From Takakia lepidozioides (lineage: Eukaryota; Plantae; Bryophyta), in the NCBI GenBank assembly GCA_030704615.1, contig CM060731.1, positions 37,944,001 to 38,008,000 on the forward strand: 64,000 nucleotides of DNA, in the 5' to 3' direction. The notes under the pieces are model-generated. The model made no database searches. It worked only from the letters and a program-made list of their open reading frames with translations, and had not been told where the DNA came from. Positions within the stretch are counted from its first letter, which is position 1. Every line of letters begins with the position of its first letter. Positions 33,639 to 48,248 of this stretch are shown piece by piece. The translations under genes were made by a program, and so were the position numbers.

Positions 33639-36600
33639 ATGAGTGATGAAAGAGAAGCTAGACGACAGAGATATTCAGCAAAAAGAGAAAGCTATCTGAA
33701 AGCTAATTATCCATATCTTTGGGAGAGAGGAATAGACATAGGGGAATCATCTGGACCTCTCACACCATTAAGATCAAAGAGTACATCACCTATACCGGAA
33801 GAACTAGAGTTGGATGCCACTCCTTCTGTTTCTTTGCAAGAAAGATTAAGGGAATTGGTACAGGAAGAAGATCAATCACGAGGTGAAAGATCTGAGGTAC
33901 ATCCTTGGATAAAAGACTTGACAGAAATCTTTGATAAGAGTTGGCATGGAACACCAAAAGCAGGAACTCCAGTTTCTGAAGAAGAAGATGAAGAAGGAGA
34001 AGAGGATGTGGCAGAGCCAACGGAGAGTTCAGACTCTCCAACACCATTACAGTTGAGTTACATGAGTGAAGAAGAACCCAAGGGCAGAACTTGGAGGATG
34101 AAAACAGAGAGAAGAAAATTAGAAGAGGAAGAATATGAAGAAGTAGACCCAACAGCTGAGTTGAGACTACAACCAGGACATCCCAACCCGTTGGACCTGG
34201 ATCAAGTGGAGCACTTGGATCACAGGCCAACGAAGGTGTCGGCTCAGGGGGATCAGGCGGGCTGCCTGGATCTGGGCTGGGGGGACAGGGAGTGTGGGAA
34301 GTAGTGCAACTGAAGCTGGGAATACTGTGAATATCGTGGGGCCAGAAGCAGGGAGTGCTCAAGGGCCACCACTTGGTGGAAGATCCACCACAAAAAACAA
34401 CAGGTCCAGAAGGACCAGCACCAGCAAGGGTGCCAGCACCTGTCAGTGGCAGAAGGTAGGGCCACAGATGGCGTTACAACCAACACGGGCAAAAACACCC
34501 TTTCCAATATATTCAGGAAAAGGGGATCCCGATGTACACATTAGCCAATTTGAGCACATGTGTATAGTGAACAATGAGAATGGCGATGATGCCAAGATGA
34601 GATTGTTTCCTTGTTCACTTATCAAGAAAGCAAGTGAATGGTATGCAAGATTCCCTGATAATCATTTCCTAACCTGGAATGGCTTGAATACAGCATTTCG
34701 AAATAGGTTCAGGACAAGTAAAACTGAGGATGAAGTGTATGGAAGTTTACAACAGCTGAAGCAGAAGAAGCATGAAATGAAACTTGAAGAGTATATGGAG
34801 AAGATGGAATTGATGATGAAAAAGCTGGCTGCAGTACCAGCGCCCGGTTTACAGAACACTTGGTTTGTGAGTGGACTAAGACCAGAGTTGCAAAAGAAAG
34901 TGGATATGTTACCCCATAATACAGTGGAGGAGGATTGAAACTGCAACAGAATTGAGCAATTGGAATGCTCAGGAGAGAGAAAAAAGAAGATGAGGACTTG
35001 AGGATGAGTCAGATGAAGAAGAAGAGCAAGAACTAAAAAGAAGAGTAAGAGAAAGGAGAAGTTGAAGAGGGATAACTATGAAAAAAAAATTGGAAGAAAT
35101 CTTGAAGAAGTATGCCACAGAGGCTGCAACACAGTGGAGGAAGGGTGTATGGTTGCAAAGTGCCAGAATGAAGGATACCACCACAGAGCCACATGAAGGA
35201 GAAAAACTGTACTATCTGTAAAATGGATAACCAACTGAGAAAGTTGAACAGAAGGACAGCTGATTTGGAGCCGGAATTCTTCGAAGAAGCTAAAAGCTTG
35301 TTCATCAAATACAGAGATGTATTTGCTTGGAGCTATGAGGATCTAAAAGGGATACCACCTGAAGTCTGTCAGCATAAGATTGAACTGGAACCAGGGTCAG
35401 TACCAATCAAGCAGGCGAGGTATAGAATGAATCCCAACTACGCACAGAAGGTTGGAGAAGAGATAAAGAAGTTGGCTGAGGCTAAGTTTATATACCCAAT
35501 AGAGTATACAACTTGGTTGTCACCCATTGTTATAGTTCCCAAGAAGAATGGCAAACTAAGAGTATGTGTGAACTATAAGAAGCTGAATGCTTGTACGAAG
35601 AAAGATCCTTTCCCTTTGCCATTCACAGAAGCAGTATTAGACACTGTGGCCATGAGATGTACTCATTCATGGATGGCTTCAGTGGTTATAATCAAGTGCA
35701 AGTGGCAGAAGAAGACCAAGGGAAACAGCTTTCATCACAGACTGGGGGGCTTATGCATACAAAGTCATGCCCTTTGGACTTTGTAATGCACCAGCGACCT
35801 TTCAGAGAGTGATAAGTGAATCTTTTCATGAGTATCTGGATGATTTCATGCAGGTATTCTTGGATGATTTCAGTGTGTACAGCTCTAAGATGAGCACTTG
35901 CATAAATTGGAGTTATGTTTGGCCAGATGCAGGATGAGAGGTCTGGGCCTGAATCCAGAGAAGTGTACTTTCTGTGTGAACTCAGGGGTGCTTCTGGGAC
36001 ACATTGTGTGTAAGAAGGGACTCCTTGTGGATCCCAGAAAGACAGAGTCCATTAAAGCCTCTCCACCACCAGTGAATGTTAAAAGTCTAGGAGATTCCTT
36101 GGGCAAACCAGTTATTACAGGAGATTTGTCAAAAGGTATGCACAAATAGCAGCACCATTGAGCAAACTACTGAAGAAAGATGCAGTGTTTGCCTGGACAG
36201 CTGAATGTCAACAGGCGTTTGAGGAACTTACACTGTCAGTAACAACTACACCTGTGCTGATTAACCCTCACTGGCATGTAGTATTCCATGTTCACTGCGA
36301 TGCATCAGGAGAAGCGTTGGGAGCGGTGTTAGCCCAGAATGTTACAGGGAATATAGATTCACCTGTGTACTATGCTAGCCGGTTGATGAACAGTGCTGAG
36401 AGGAACTATAGCACAACGGAAAGAGAAGCATTGGCAATGATCTATGCAGTGAAGAAATTCAGGCATTACCTGTTGGGCAAGAAGTTTATGTTCTATGTGG
36501 ATCACCAGGCTCTGATATACCTGGTAAACAAACCTTTGATAAGCGGAAGAATAGCAAGATGGTTGATAATCTTGCATGAGTTTGAGTTCGAGGTTGTTTA

Positions 36601-38063
36601 CAAGCCTGGGAGACTGCATCTTGTGGCGGATCATTTGTCACGATTGTCAACAGAGAACCAGCCACAGGAATAGATGATCAATTACCAGATGCGAGTCTCT
36701 TTGCAGTGGAGGTGCAGGGAAGTGCAGATGACTGGTTAGATTGGCAGTGGCCAATCAGATACTACTTGCTCATGGTCAGTGCCCACCTAGTTATGGTAAG
36801 GAGCAGAGGAAGAGAATCGCTATCAAAGCTTTACCTTATACTATGGTAGGAAGCAGAATGTATAAGTTAGGACCTGATGGAGTACTAAAACGATGCTTGT
36901 ACCACCATGAAGTAAATAAAGTTTGGCGGAAGTTCATAAAGGAGTGGGCTGGAGGTCATTTTGGAGAAGAGACTACCAGTAGAAAGATACTACTCGCAGG
37001 ATACTGGTGGCCTACTTTGTTCAAAGATGTACACGAGTATTGTCAGAAGTGTGATGAATGTCAGAGGCTAGGACCTTGCAGAGATCTGGAAGGATGGCCT
37101 TGCATCCTACAATGCCTACGGAACCATTTCAGAAATGGGGACTAGACTTTGTTGGACCAATTAACCCACCATCCAAGAATACACGAAACAGGTACATAAT
37201 TACAGCCACTGATTATACTACAAAGTGGGTGGAAGCTAAAGCTTTGAGGGACAACACAGCCAAGTCCACAGCAAGGTTCCTGTACGAGAACATACTTACA
37301 CGATTTGGCTGTCCCTTAGAATTTATCAGTGATCAGGAAGTCACTTCATGAATGAGACCATTGAGTTGTTGACTAAAGAGTTTATGATTGTGCATAAAGA
37401 GTACAACATATTACCCACAGGGTAATGGGCAGGCAGAGGCTACCAACAAAATACTATGTACTATCTTGGCTAAGATAGTCAATGCAAACAGAACGGATTG
37501 GGATACAAAGCTGCTGACAGCTTTGTGGTCATACAGGACTTCATATAAAGTCACCACTAAGTATACACCATTCCAATTAGTTTATGGTATGGAAGCCTTA
37601 CTTCCAGTGGAATTCCTGTTACCTACCATGAGAACGGAGTGGGGAAAAAGAATGGAATTGCAAGACTCCATCAAGGTCAGGAAACATGAATTATACCATG
37701 TGGAAGAAGTACGTGCTGATGCAGCTGATAATATGACCAGAATTCAGAGATGAAGCGAAAGGAACAGTTTGATGAAGGCAAGTTAAAGACTTTTAAGACG
37801 GGGGATTTGGTTCTATGGTTGCAGAAGAAAGGAAAGATTCAAGCTTCTAAGCTTAAATCACCATGGAAAGGACCTTATGTCATACAAAAGATGTATGATA
37901 ACAACACCGCCATGTTACAAACCATTAACAAAGAAATGCTGGGAAGAGTCAATGCAATAAGTTGAAGGGGTACAGTGGTATCCATGACAAACCCTTGCAG
38001 CATGATTTGCATGTTGAACCGCAAGAGCAGTCACGGGCTGCACCAGTGTTACGAACGGAGTAT
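33639..38063 (+). pseudogene. gag-pol: G3 gag-pol (gag 33639-35260, RT ~35261-36150, RNase H 36158-36673, integrase ~36710-38063)
   Basis: RT, RNase H (HCDASG, NYSTTEREALA, YVDHQAL, ADHLSR) and integrase motifs present across several frameshifted ORFs. Confidence 0.93.
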
Positions 38064-38117
38064 GGAGCACTTGTCGCTAGGCCCAGCATATATGACCAGG
38101 GCGGCCAAACAAACGTG

Positions 38118-38336
38118 ACACAGCCTATCCATCACAGCCTATCACAGCCCATCACACCCTATCACAGCCCATAGCCTATCACAGCCCTATCACAGTACAG
38201 CCTATAACACAGACCACGCGTGTCACAGCCTATCAAGCACAGTGCATCACAGCCTATCACAGCTTACCACAGTGCATCACAGCCTATCACAGCGTAACAC
38301 AGTATGACACAGCCTGTCACAGCTCAACACAGCCTA
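38118..38336 (+). repeat. G3 post-pol CACAG array
   Basis: cacagcctat units, homologous to 21451-21690. Confidence 0.9.
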
Positions 38337-38808
38337 CTAAAGTTACACGATCCATAGAATCAGTGACAAGTGGACGCATAATAACTTCAGGAAAATGGCT
38401 GACGGAAGAGAAAACGGAAATTACTTTAAAAATAGACACGTGGAGGTCAGGGCGCGACACACAGCGAGAAGGAAGTGCAAGAACAGGTGTCAAAAAGAAA
38501 GAGGACAAGAACGGCCGTCAAAAGGGATGAAAGGCGGGCCCATTAATGAATACGGAAAAAGGGAAACGGAACGAACGGCAAGTACAGAAAAGCGGAATTC
38601 TTGTCACATGTGTGATCCTAGTGGACTATCCAACAGGGAAAGTCCACTAAAGAAAATAAAATCTAAAATCCAGTCACAGCGGATACAGCCAATAGAAAAC
38701 CAGAGAAAGGATCAAGAAAATGGAGGGAAAATTGAGCGCAAGAGGCGGCGTCGTTCTGAGTAACGGGCGTCTCGACGGGACAGACCATCAATGCTATACT
38801 TGGAAACT

Positions 38809-41800
38809 ATGGAGGAACTAACAGACTATACGCTCGCAATATTACTTACGCAGTGGCATAGACACGAAAGGACAGAGCGGAGCTTTTCTCTTGAGCGATG
38901 CTTGCAAGCCCCGCAGGCTTACAAGAAATTACCCATAGCTTTCTGCGGCAACCATACGTTTATGCTTTGTGCACTACAGGCATTCCTGCAGTTGTTAAGC
39001 CAAAACAGTTCTGTGAGTCTAAAATGAAGAGAGTGAGAGGAATGGAGGAAATCAGGGTGAAGAGCACCACAATTCTGCAGAAACAAACGATTGCTACCCC
39101 ACAGGCGATACAGATACTGGAGGAGCTGAGATTGCAAGGATTGCAAAGCCTAGATTGGACATTACACCATAGACAGTACATGTTACAATTTTTGCAGAAC
39201 TTTGAGCCAAGGACAGGAACAACAACGGTGAAGGGAGTTGAATTGATGATTACTCCCCTATACCTCCAGCAATTGTTTCGATTGCCAGCAGGTCAGGTGC
39301 ATGTGGAGGAACACAGGGCAAGACTGCAAATAGGGGACTTTATTCCAAGAAGGGAGTTTCTTTAAAAACAGGGTTATGCTTGTACCAAGGCTGTGTACCC
39401 AGGGCTAAAAGAGGTAGGCCAGGTATTGAACGTTCTGATTGCCATGAAACAGAACCAACATATTTGAGCAGATCCTTCACGGAGGAAATACTCAAAGGCC
39501 TGAAGGGACAAGAGGTACAATGGGCGGACATAATGTACAACGCACTGGTAGAGGAGATGAAAAGATTACAAGGTACTACCGCAAAGTCTCCTATCATAGT
39601 GTCTGGCCCAATCATTGCTCAAATAATCCTTGATTCTGGCATACTTAATGCGCAAGAAAGAAAGGAAATGGGAGTGTTTGAGCCAGAAACAACTGCAATG
39701 GAAGAGCAAGGCTCTTCACACAGTGAGGGTGGACTAGCAGGGCAACCCGAGACTAAGAGGCAGAGACGGGAAAGACTGTAGTGGCGGATCCACTGGCTTC
39801 ACGGATTCCGCATGATAATGTTTCCCAAGCTCATGGCCAGGAAGGGGCACAGCAGCACAGAGAAATGCTATTACTGGAAGCAGGACCTTCAGAGAGGGAG
39901 GAGGAAGTTACTTCTGTATCACAACCACACAGCCAGCTGATCGACTTGTCACAAGGTCACAAGTTATCCATGCAGCTCAACCAGAAATAATTGATTTGGA
40001 AAGAGAAGGGTTAGATATTCCAACTACAGAACAGATAGTGGCAGAAATGGAGAAGGGGACCTTCTCTATGAATATTCTGGTCTGGTCAAGGAGACAGAGA
40101 TCCCAGAGGTGCAACAGTTGCCCAAGGGAAATCCTGAGGTGCATATAATACACACCTGTGTCGGAGGTACCACAGGCGGAAGGTCATGACACTGTAGCAC
40201 CGGTGATAGATGAAGTAGTTCAGGAAGAAAATCCGGTGGGACAATGGCCTGAATGGTTCGTGAGACATCACACTGTTGAAGATCAGGAGGGAGGAACAGC
40301 AGCAACCTCACCATGATGACCCTCAACAGGCAATGCTGATGAGTTCCATAGGCAGGACACTTAATTTGTTGGGGACTTATGTCAAATCCCATGTTCCAAT
40401 TACCCAATTGACAGCCTTGAGAGAGGAACTCAGGAAGGAGTTTGAGGCGACTAGCCACTGAGTGTGCAAACAAGGTCGATGAAGAGGTCACTCTCAAGAT
40501 GCAGCAGGACTTGGGAAATACAGAAATGGCTTTGCAATTGGCCAAGGAACAATTGATTGAGGCAGGCCTCGCGCAAGACCAGTTGCACGAAGCACATAAG
40601 CAACAGCTATACCAAATGCAGGTGCAGCATGAAAGCAAGTTGCAAGAAGTGAATGCACTACATACGGAGTTGCAGACAGTGCATGACAGGATGGCGATAC
40701 AATGTGCTACATTCACAACTATGCTTGACCAATCTACAAAAGAAATAAACAGTCAAGCGGAAAAATGTACGAAGGCAGAAGAAAGAATGTTGAGCAAATG
40801 AAGCTCATTGTCGATATGAAGAATACAATCTGTCGCAATGAAGATACTTTCAAGCAATACAGGCAGATTGAAGCTGATCAGAGAGAAGCACATCGTGGAG
40901 TTGCAACAAACCATCATGGCCAATAGAAATGAAATCGCGGTCAATAACAAGGCTTGGAAGGAAGCCAATAATACTTGCTGCTTATGCGCAATTGGTTGAA
41001 CCTCAGGCGAAGCGCATGGAGGCTTTACAACAGCAGTTGGAATTGTACAAGCTAAGAGAGGAGCAAACTCTCAGGGGAACCACAAGCAACTTGGTGGATA
41101 ACAGCCTTATGCAGGTCTGGTTAGCACAAGGGCCAGTAGAGGGCAAAGCACCACGAAGCTCACCCAAAGCGAGATGAATGAGCTCAGGCTGCAGGTGCAG
41201 AACATTGCCACAACTACTATAGACAATGTCTATAGTAGGATAGCAGAGTTACAAGAGGATGTAGACGGACTGCAGACTCAAGTGGAAGACCTCACTTCAA
41301 ACATCGACAAAAGAGTCTATATCCCTCAGGAACAGCTAATGGCTTCTTATTTACAAGCCAGAACTTTGGCTTTTCAGTCTTCACAGGAGGTGCAGGAGAT
41401 GCCAATGATACAAGAGCCAGTACCACCACCACCACAACAAGTCACTGTACCAGTAGCTGAACCTGTGGTTACTACAACCACACCACAGCCACCACAGCCG
41501 GAGGTATGGGGCAATGCCGCTTTTAACCCACCTAAAACTCCAGCTGCAAGGGAGTACAGTAGGGCTATGATTATGCCCTTCAACCAAATTCCCATCATGT
41601 TGGATTTGGCTTGGAAAGAATTTAGTCCTCCGCAGTCATTCGCACATTACTACCAAATCATGCGTATTTGGCTGCCAGTGGCAACTAGGACTAAAGTTCT
41701 TCCGAACAATCGACATATTGAAGATCATCACTTTGCACAATACTGGCACGAGGCAGGTACCATGTTGAGGGAATTGATTGCTTTCCAGGTTGTACATGGA

Positions 41801-42552
41801 CTCATTTATACCAAGACCAAGGAGGTAGCAAGTATTGTCATGGGATGCGGGTTATACTACGCTGCTTGTTTTCTGGTACGTTACCACATTGAGCAACAAA
41901 AGATGCAAACACGCTTTCTGAGTTATTCCAGTGGAGATCATTGGGTATTACCTTCGGTGCCACCTCATATGTACCTATATGACCCAAAAGTTATGATGCA
42001 AAAGGATTCTCAAATTCGTTCATGGTTTCAAGCGGCCTGGAACCATTTGTCAACACAGAAATTCGGCATTGATGACATTTTCTATAAGGGACATGTGGCA
42101 TGGAAATACTTGCACGCTGCACCAGTAATTGGTACCCCACTCACTGGACAGACAAGGAGCTCAGTGTCTACACCAATTTTGCTGTTCAGCGGTTACACCA
42201 AGTTGTAAAATACAAACTTCCAGACATGGTAGGACAGCATTGTATGCCCCAGATGATTCCACAAAAAGTTCGAAAATTAAAACACCTGAGAGGCGATGAG
42301 GATTCTGATACAACTGTTTCTTCACCGAATCTTTTGACATGGGAGAAGACTATGCAGTTCAGATGGCAGAGAAGAAGCGACGGGGGGTCTCCTATGCCGG
42401 AAAGGTTACCTCGATATCAGCCTCCAGAGGGCCTCACTTATCCAGGTAGTGATCAACCATCTCCGTCAACCAGAGACAGACTCGGGCTCGTACACACAGT
42501 CCGCCACGAAACTCTCAACGTCAAAAGGTGCTCACTCACAAAGGTTTGCTAG
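38809..42552 (+). pseudogene. G3 ORF3, full span (about 1250 codons), frameshifted
   Basis: From MEELTDYTLAILL to RCSLTKVC*; pieces match the G1 ORF3 frame. Confidence 0.88.
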
Positions 42553-42603
42553 TCGAAATCAGTAAACCGTGAGGACACGGCTTTTTGAGGGGGGAAGGGG
42601 TAA

Positions 42604-43533
42604 TGTTAGAGGACTGTCGGGGACTTAGACACTTATACGGGATCTGTAGGGTACCCTTAATTTTTGCACAGACTGAGACCAACAGGAGCCTTAGGGGTGA
42701 CAGCAGCGCACTGTAGAGGGGGGTTACACAGTCGTCACAGTTCACAGTCGTCACAGCGACACAGCCGACACAGCCAACACAGCCCGTCACAGTCGTCACA
42801 GCAGACACAGTCGTCACAGCCGACACAGCCCGACACAGCCAAACACAGTCGCACAGCCAGTCACAGCCCGTCACAGTTTCACACAGCCACACAGCTTGAC
42901 ACAGCTGTCACGATCATAGGGAACGAAGAGTAGGACAGGGAACGACTGTGGGGAACAACACCTGCGAAGGGAACATGTTAGTTCACAGACGACGGTTAGT
43001 GAGGGAAACGGTTAGAACCACGGATAGGAAGATAAAAGGGAGAAACGGGGAATGAGGAGAGCATTCGGAGGAGGACTTCTTGGTCATGGAGAGAGGGGAT
43101 CGGGCAGAGATGAAGAACGGAAGTGAAGATAGAGAGATGATGAGTAGATGCTTGATATATGCAAGGCTGTAATGATATTGTAGAGCAGATTAGAGACACA
43201 ATGGCTTCGGCCTGATACCTGATAAATCATAATCGGATACTTTTACGATACAATCACACTGTGTAGAGAGATCTGAGTGAAGCTGTGAAATGAATGGATG
43301 AGTTGATGGAATCCAATAGATTGATAAAGCAAACTGATACTTAATTATCAATGGTAAGATAGCTAACATGAATACCAAAAGGGAAACAAATAGGAAACAC
43401 CCCCATGATACACTAGCTGTAGGTCATGACTGATTGTTCTGCGCGGGCTGAGTACTTAGAGATTTCCAACTCTTCTATCTTGGAGTTTCCGCCTCGAATA
43501 GCGAAGGGATGGGTGAGTAAAAGCCGCGCGACA
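42604..43533 (+). repeat. 3' LTR of G3
   Basis: Preceded by the PPT gaggggggaagggg; followed by TSD AAGAG. Confidence 0.95.
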
Positions 43534-43603
43534 AAGAGTTGGGGTGGCTCTAAATAGCCAAGGTCTCGACGGAAGGGGCAATCAAAGCACTAGTTTTGTA
43601 GCT

Positions 43604-46600
43604 ATGGCAGATGTAACGGATTACACACTCGCTTTACTTCTCACGCAGTGGCGCAAGGACGGAAGCATTGAGAGTACATTTTCTCTCACTCGATATTTGC
43701 AAGCCAGACTTACACGCACTTACCTGTTCCATTCTGTGCCAACCATACCTTCATGCTCTGTGCCTTGCAAGCTTTCCTTCAGCTGTTTCAAACAAAGCCT
43801 TTTTGTTTGTCTAGAATGAAGAGAGTGAGGGGAATGGAGGATATCAGGGTGAAGAGCACCACGATTCTATAGAAGCAAACAATTGCAGCACCGCAGGCAG
43901 TACAACTGCTAAGGGAGTTGCGATTGGAGGGGCTGCTACGCAAGGACTGGTCCTTGCATCATCGGCAGTATATGATTCAATTTCTTCAGAACTTTGAGCC
44001 TCGGACGGGAGTTACTTAGGTGAGGGGAGTAGATATAGAAATTACTCCCCAGTACCTGTAGCAATTGTTTGATTTGCCATCAGGTCATGTGGATGTGGAT
44101 GAGTACAGGGCAACATTGCAGATATGGAATTTGTTCCAAGAAGGGAGTTTCTTTAAAACTCAAGGTTACGCTTGTACCAAAGCCGAGTACCCAGGGCTTA
44201 GGGAAGTTGGTCAAATATTGAACGTTCTGTTTGCCATGAAATAGAACCAACAGTATTTGAGCAGGTCATTCACAGAGGAGATCCTGAAAGCTTTGAGGGG
44301 AGAGGATGTTGCTTGGGCGGAGTTAATGTACAATGGACTGGTGGACGAGATGAAGAGGTTACAGGGCACTGCTGCTAAGTCTCCGATCATTGTGTCTGGT
44401 CCAGTCATTGCCCAAATAATTCTTGATTCTTGCATACTTGATACTCGGGAACGTAAGGAGATGGGAGTATTTGAGGCAAAAACCACTGCAATTGAAGCGC
44501 AGGGCTCTTCACACAGTGAGGGTGGACTGGCAGGGCAACACCAGTCTAAGAGACAAAGGCGGGGTATGACTGTAGTGAAGGATCCACTGGCTTCACGGAA
44601 ACCGCACGATGATGTTTCCCAAGCTCTTGTGCAGGATGGGGCACAGCAGCACAGAAGGCTGTTATTATTGGAAGCACGGCCTTCGGAAAGGGAAGAAGAA
44701 GTCAATTCGATACCACATCCACCACAACCAATTGACTCAGTTGTTTTAGAGGTTCCACAGTTAGTACATGCTGTGACATCACCCCCAATTGCCCTGGAAG
44801 GAGAAAGGTTGGACATTCCCACTACAGAGCAGGTCGTGGCCGAAATTGAAAAGGGTGACCTTCTCTATGAAAAACTCTGGCTGGTAGGGAATCAGTGGTT
44901 CCAGAGGTGCAGCGGTTGTCCAGGGAAGACCCTATTGTGCATGTAATACCCACACCTGTGATGGAGGTACCAGCGGTAGAATATCAAGACACTGCAGCAC
45001 CTGTGGAGGATGAGGTGGTTCAGGAAGAGAATCTGGTGGGGCAATGGCCTGAATGGTTGGTGAGGCATCACACTATGGAGGATTAGGGAGAACAGCAGCA
45101 AGTTCACCATGATGACCCTCAGCAGGCCATGCTTATGAGTTCCATAAGCAGAACACTTAATTTGTTGGGCACTTATGTGAAATCCCATGTTCCATCTACC
45201 CAATTGGCAGCTTTGAGGGAGGAACTCAGGAAGGAAGAGTTTGAGGCTCGAATTGCCACTGAGTGTGCTAACAAGGTAGATGAGGAGGTCAATCTCAAGT
45301 TACAGCAAGAGTTGGAGGACACAAAGGCTGCTTTGCAATTGGCCAAGGGACATTTGATTGAAGCAGGCCTCGAGCAGGACCAGTTGCATGAAGCACATAA
45401 GCAACAGTTATACCAAATGCAGGTGAAGCATGAGGACAAGTTGCAAGAAGTGAATGTACTACATTCAAAGTTGCAGGCAGTACATGAAAAGATGACCATA
45501 CAATGTGCTACACTCAGCTCAGACTGCAGGTGCAGAACATTGCCACAACTACTATAGACAATGTCTATAGTAGGATAGCGGAGCTACAGGAGGATGTAAG
45601 GCCTGCAGACTCAGGTGGATGACCTGAGTTCAAATATTGACAAGAGAGTCTTTGTACCTGAGGAGCAGCTGATGGCTACTTATTTACATGCTAGGACTCT
45701 AATTTTTCAGTCTTCTTCGCAAGGGGTGCAGGAGATGTCAGTGGTAGAAGGGCCAGTGGTACCAATACCACAGCAAGTGACTGTGTAGGTAGTTGACCCT
45801 GTTGTTACTACAGCCACACCACAGCCTGAGGTATGGGGGAATGCTGCTTTTAACCCATCTAAGACTCCTGCTGCACGGGAGTACAGTCGGGCTATGATTA
45901 TGCCCTTCAACCAAATTCCCATTGTGTTGGATTTGGCTTGGAAGGAATTTAGTCCTCCGCAATCGTTGGCACATTACTACCAGATCATGCGCATTTGGCT
46001 GCCAATGGCAATTAGGACTAAGGTTCTTCCAAACAATCGACCCATTGAGGATCATCACTTTGCGAGGTACTGGTCTGAAGCAGGTACCATGTTAAAGGAA
46101 TTAATTGTCTTCCAAGTTGTACATGGGTACATTTATACCAAGACCAATGAGGTATCAAATATTGTCATGGGCTGTGGATTATACTATGTTGCTTGTTTTC
46201 TGGCACGTTATCACATTGAGCAGCAGAGGATGCAATCCCGATTTCTGAGTTATTCCAGTGGGGATCATTGGGTCTTACCTTCAGTGCCACCTCATATGTA
46301 CCTATATGATGCAAAAGTTATGATGCAGAAGGATTCCCAACTTCGTTCATGGTTTCATTCGGCTTGGAACAATTTGACAACATAGAAATTCGGCCCTGAG
46401 GATATTTTCTTTAAGGGACATGAGGCATGGAAATTCTTACACTGTTCCAAAGTCATTGGCACACCTCTTACCTATACAGATAAGGAGTTGAGGACGTTCA
46501 CTAATTTTGCTTGCCAGCGCTTACAACAAGTTGTACAATTTAAACTTCCAGATATGGTCGGACCACATTGTATGCCACACAGGATTCCACTTAAAGTTCG

Positions 46601-46878
46601 GCCGTTAAAACACCTAAGGGGAGACGAGGATTCTGATACTACTGTTTCTTCAGCGGACTCTTTTGACATGGCAGAGGACTATGCACTTCCAGAGAGAAGA
46701 AACTACGGGGATCTCCTATGCCTGAGAGGTTACCTCGTTATCAGCCAAAGGAGGGTCAGACATTTCCAGGTAGTGCTCAATCATCTCCATCAACCAGTGA
46801 CAGGACTCGGGCTCGCACACGGAGTCCTTCACGAGACTCTCACCGTCAGAAGGGTGCTCGCTCACAAAGGTTTGCTAA
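43604..46878 (+). pseudogene. G2 ORF3, diverged subfamily, many nonsense codons and an internal deletion near 45517
   Basis: MADVTDYTLALLLTQW...; MIMPFNQIPIVLDLAWKEFSPPQS...DHWVLPSVPP. Confidence 0.88.
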
Positions 46879-46932
46879 TCCCAAACAGTAAACAGTGAGG
46901 ACACGGCTTTTTGAGAGGGGGGGGGGGGTAAA

Positions 46933-47763
46933 TATTAGAGGGCTGCTTGGGACTTAGACGCTTTTACGGGTTCTGTGGGGTACCCTTAATTTTTGCGCAG
47001 ACTGAGACCAACAGGAGCCTTAGGGGTGGCAGCAGCAGGCTTTAGGGGGGTTATACAGCCCGACACAGCCAGTCACAGCCCGACACAGCTTTACACAGCC
47101 AGTCACAGCCAGTCACAGCTCGGCACAGCTTGACACAGCCTGTCACAGTACATGGGGAACAGTTATCATTGACAGAGAACAACATCTGCAGAGGGAACGT
47201 GTTACTTCAGGGATGACGGTTAGTTAGTTAGGTGGTTAGAACAGCTTGCGGGCAGATAAGGAGAGCGGCAACGGAAAGAGGATCACTTCACGGGGAGCGC
47301 TTCTGGGTCATGGGAAGAGGAGATCAGGCGAAGAGAAAGAACGAGAGCACAGAGAAGGAGGAAAGATGAACAGTAGATGCTTATTACATGTAGAGCTGTA
47401 GTGATACTATAGGGCGGATTAGAGTCACCATGGCATTGGCCTGATACCTGATAAATCATAATCTGATACTTATTCGATACAATCACACTGTGTAGAGAGA
47501 CATGAGTGAAGCTGTGAAATGAATGCATGATTAACTGGAACTAAGTAGATACTGAAGCAATCTGATGCTTCAGTATCAGATAAGGTAAATTGATAACATG
47601 AAGGCAAGAAGGAATACAAATGGGAAGCACAACCATGATTCACTAGCTGCAGGTCATGACTGATAGTACTGAGCAGGCTGAGTGCTTAGAGATATCCAAC
47701 TCTTCTATCTTGGAGTTCCCACCTCGGATAGCAAAGGGATGGGTGAGTAAAAGCCGTTCGACA
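46933..47763 (+). repeat. 3' LTR of G2 (subtype B)
   Basis: PPT at 46913-46928; starts TATTAGAGG (TG mutated), ends TCGACA; followed by GCCCC. Confidence 0.92.
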
Positions 47764-48248
47764 GCCCCATGGCCACTCATGGCAGTTTAGCCATTTCTCC
47801 AAGGGGTTTAGCCACGCCAAGCTAGGGTTTGTGTCTCTTGGACTCTAGGCTTCTTTGCACCGAGCTATGGCGGCTGTGAGGAAATCAGTAAGGTATTCTT
47901 GCTCTTTATGGCCCCTACACACCACCAATAGTAGCTCTAATTCCAAAGGAAGATGTTTGCAACCGAAACTAAGTGCACAAGCTTCCTTTCAACTCACAAA
48001 ACAGTGCCATTGATCCCTATGGCGACTAACCAAACATGGCTGACTTCCAGCCCTTGTAGGCACTCATTCACATGCTTTTCTTGACCATAGCATGCCCTCC
48101 GCACCTAATCCAGCCCCTGCACCTGCTGCTTCAAGAGTTGTGCTCCCTTCAAGCTTGAAATTGAAACCCCAACTCACATAGGCCCTACAAGTGCTTTTAT
48201 TTCACCCCAAGTGGAAACCAGCCCTAGCCCTTCCGTTCTAGCTCTCTA

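Larger units (their letters stand above)
31976..43533 (+). mobile_element. Family G element G3, both LTRs present, about 1.6-kb internal deletion (gag end and protease)
   Basis: LTRs 31976-33019 and 42604-43533; TSD AAGAG at 31971-31975 and 43534-43538; PBS 33022-33039; PPT 42587-42600; deletion junction GCTG at ~35259. Confidence 0.96.
28938..47763 (+). mobile_element. Family G element G2 (older subfamily): RT-RH-INT and array at 28938-31975, ORF3 and 3' LTR at 43539-47763; split by G3
   Basis: The two parts join across TSD AAGAG and are collinear with G1/G3; 5' end missing. Confidence 0.88.

Noticed and set aside
28938-43500. Dense frameshifts as evidence of old age or recoding
   Set aside because: Mostly 1-bp indels, often in homopolymers, with few substitutions in G3; consistent with long-read consensus error and not resolvable without reads
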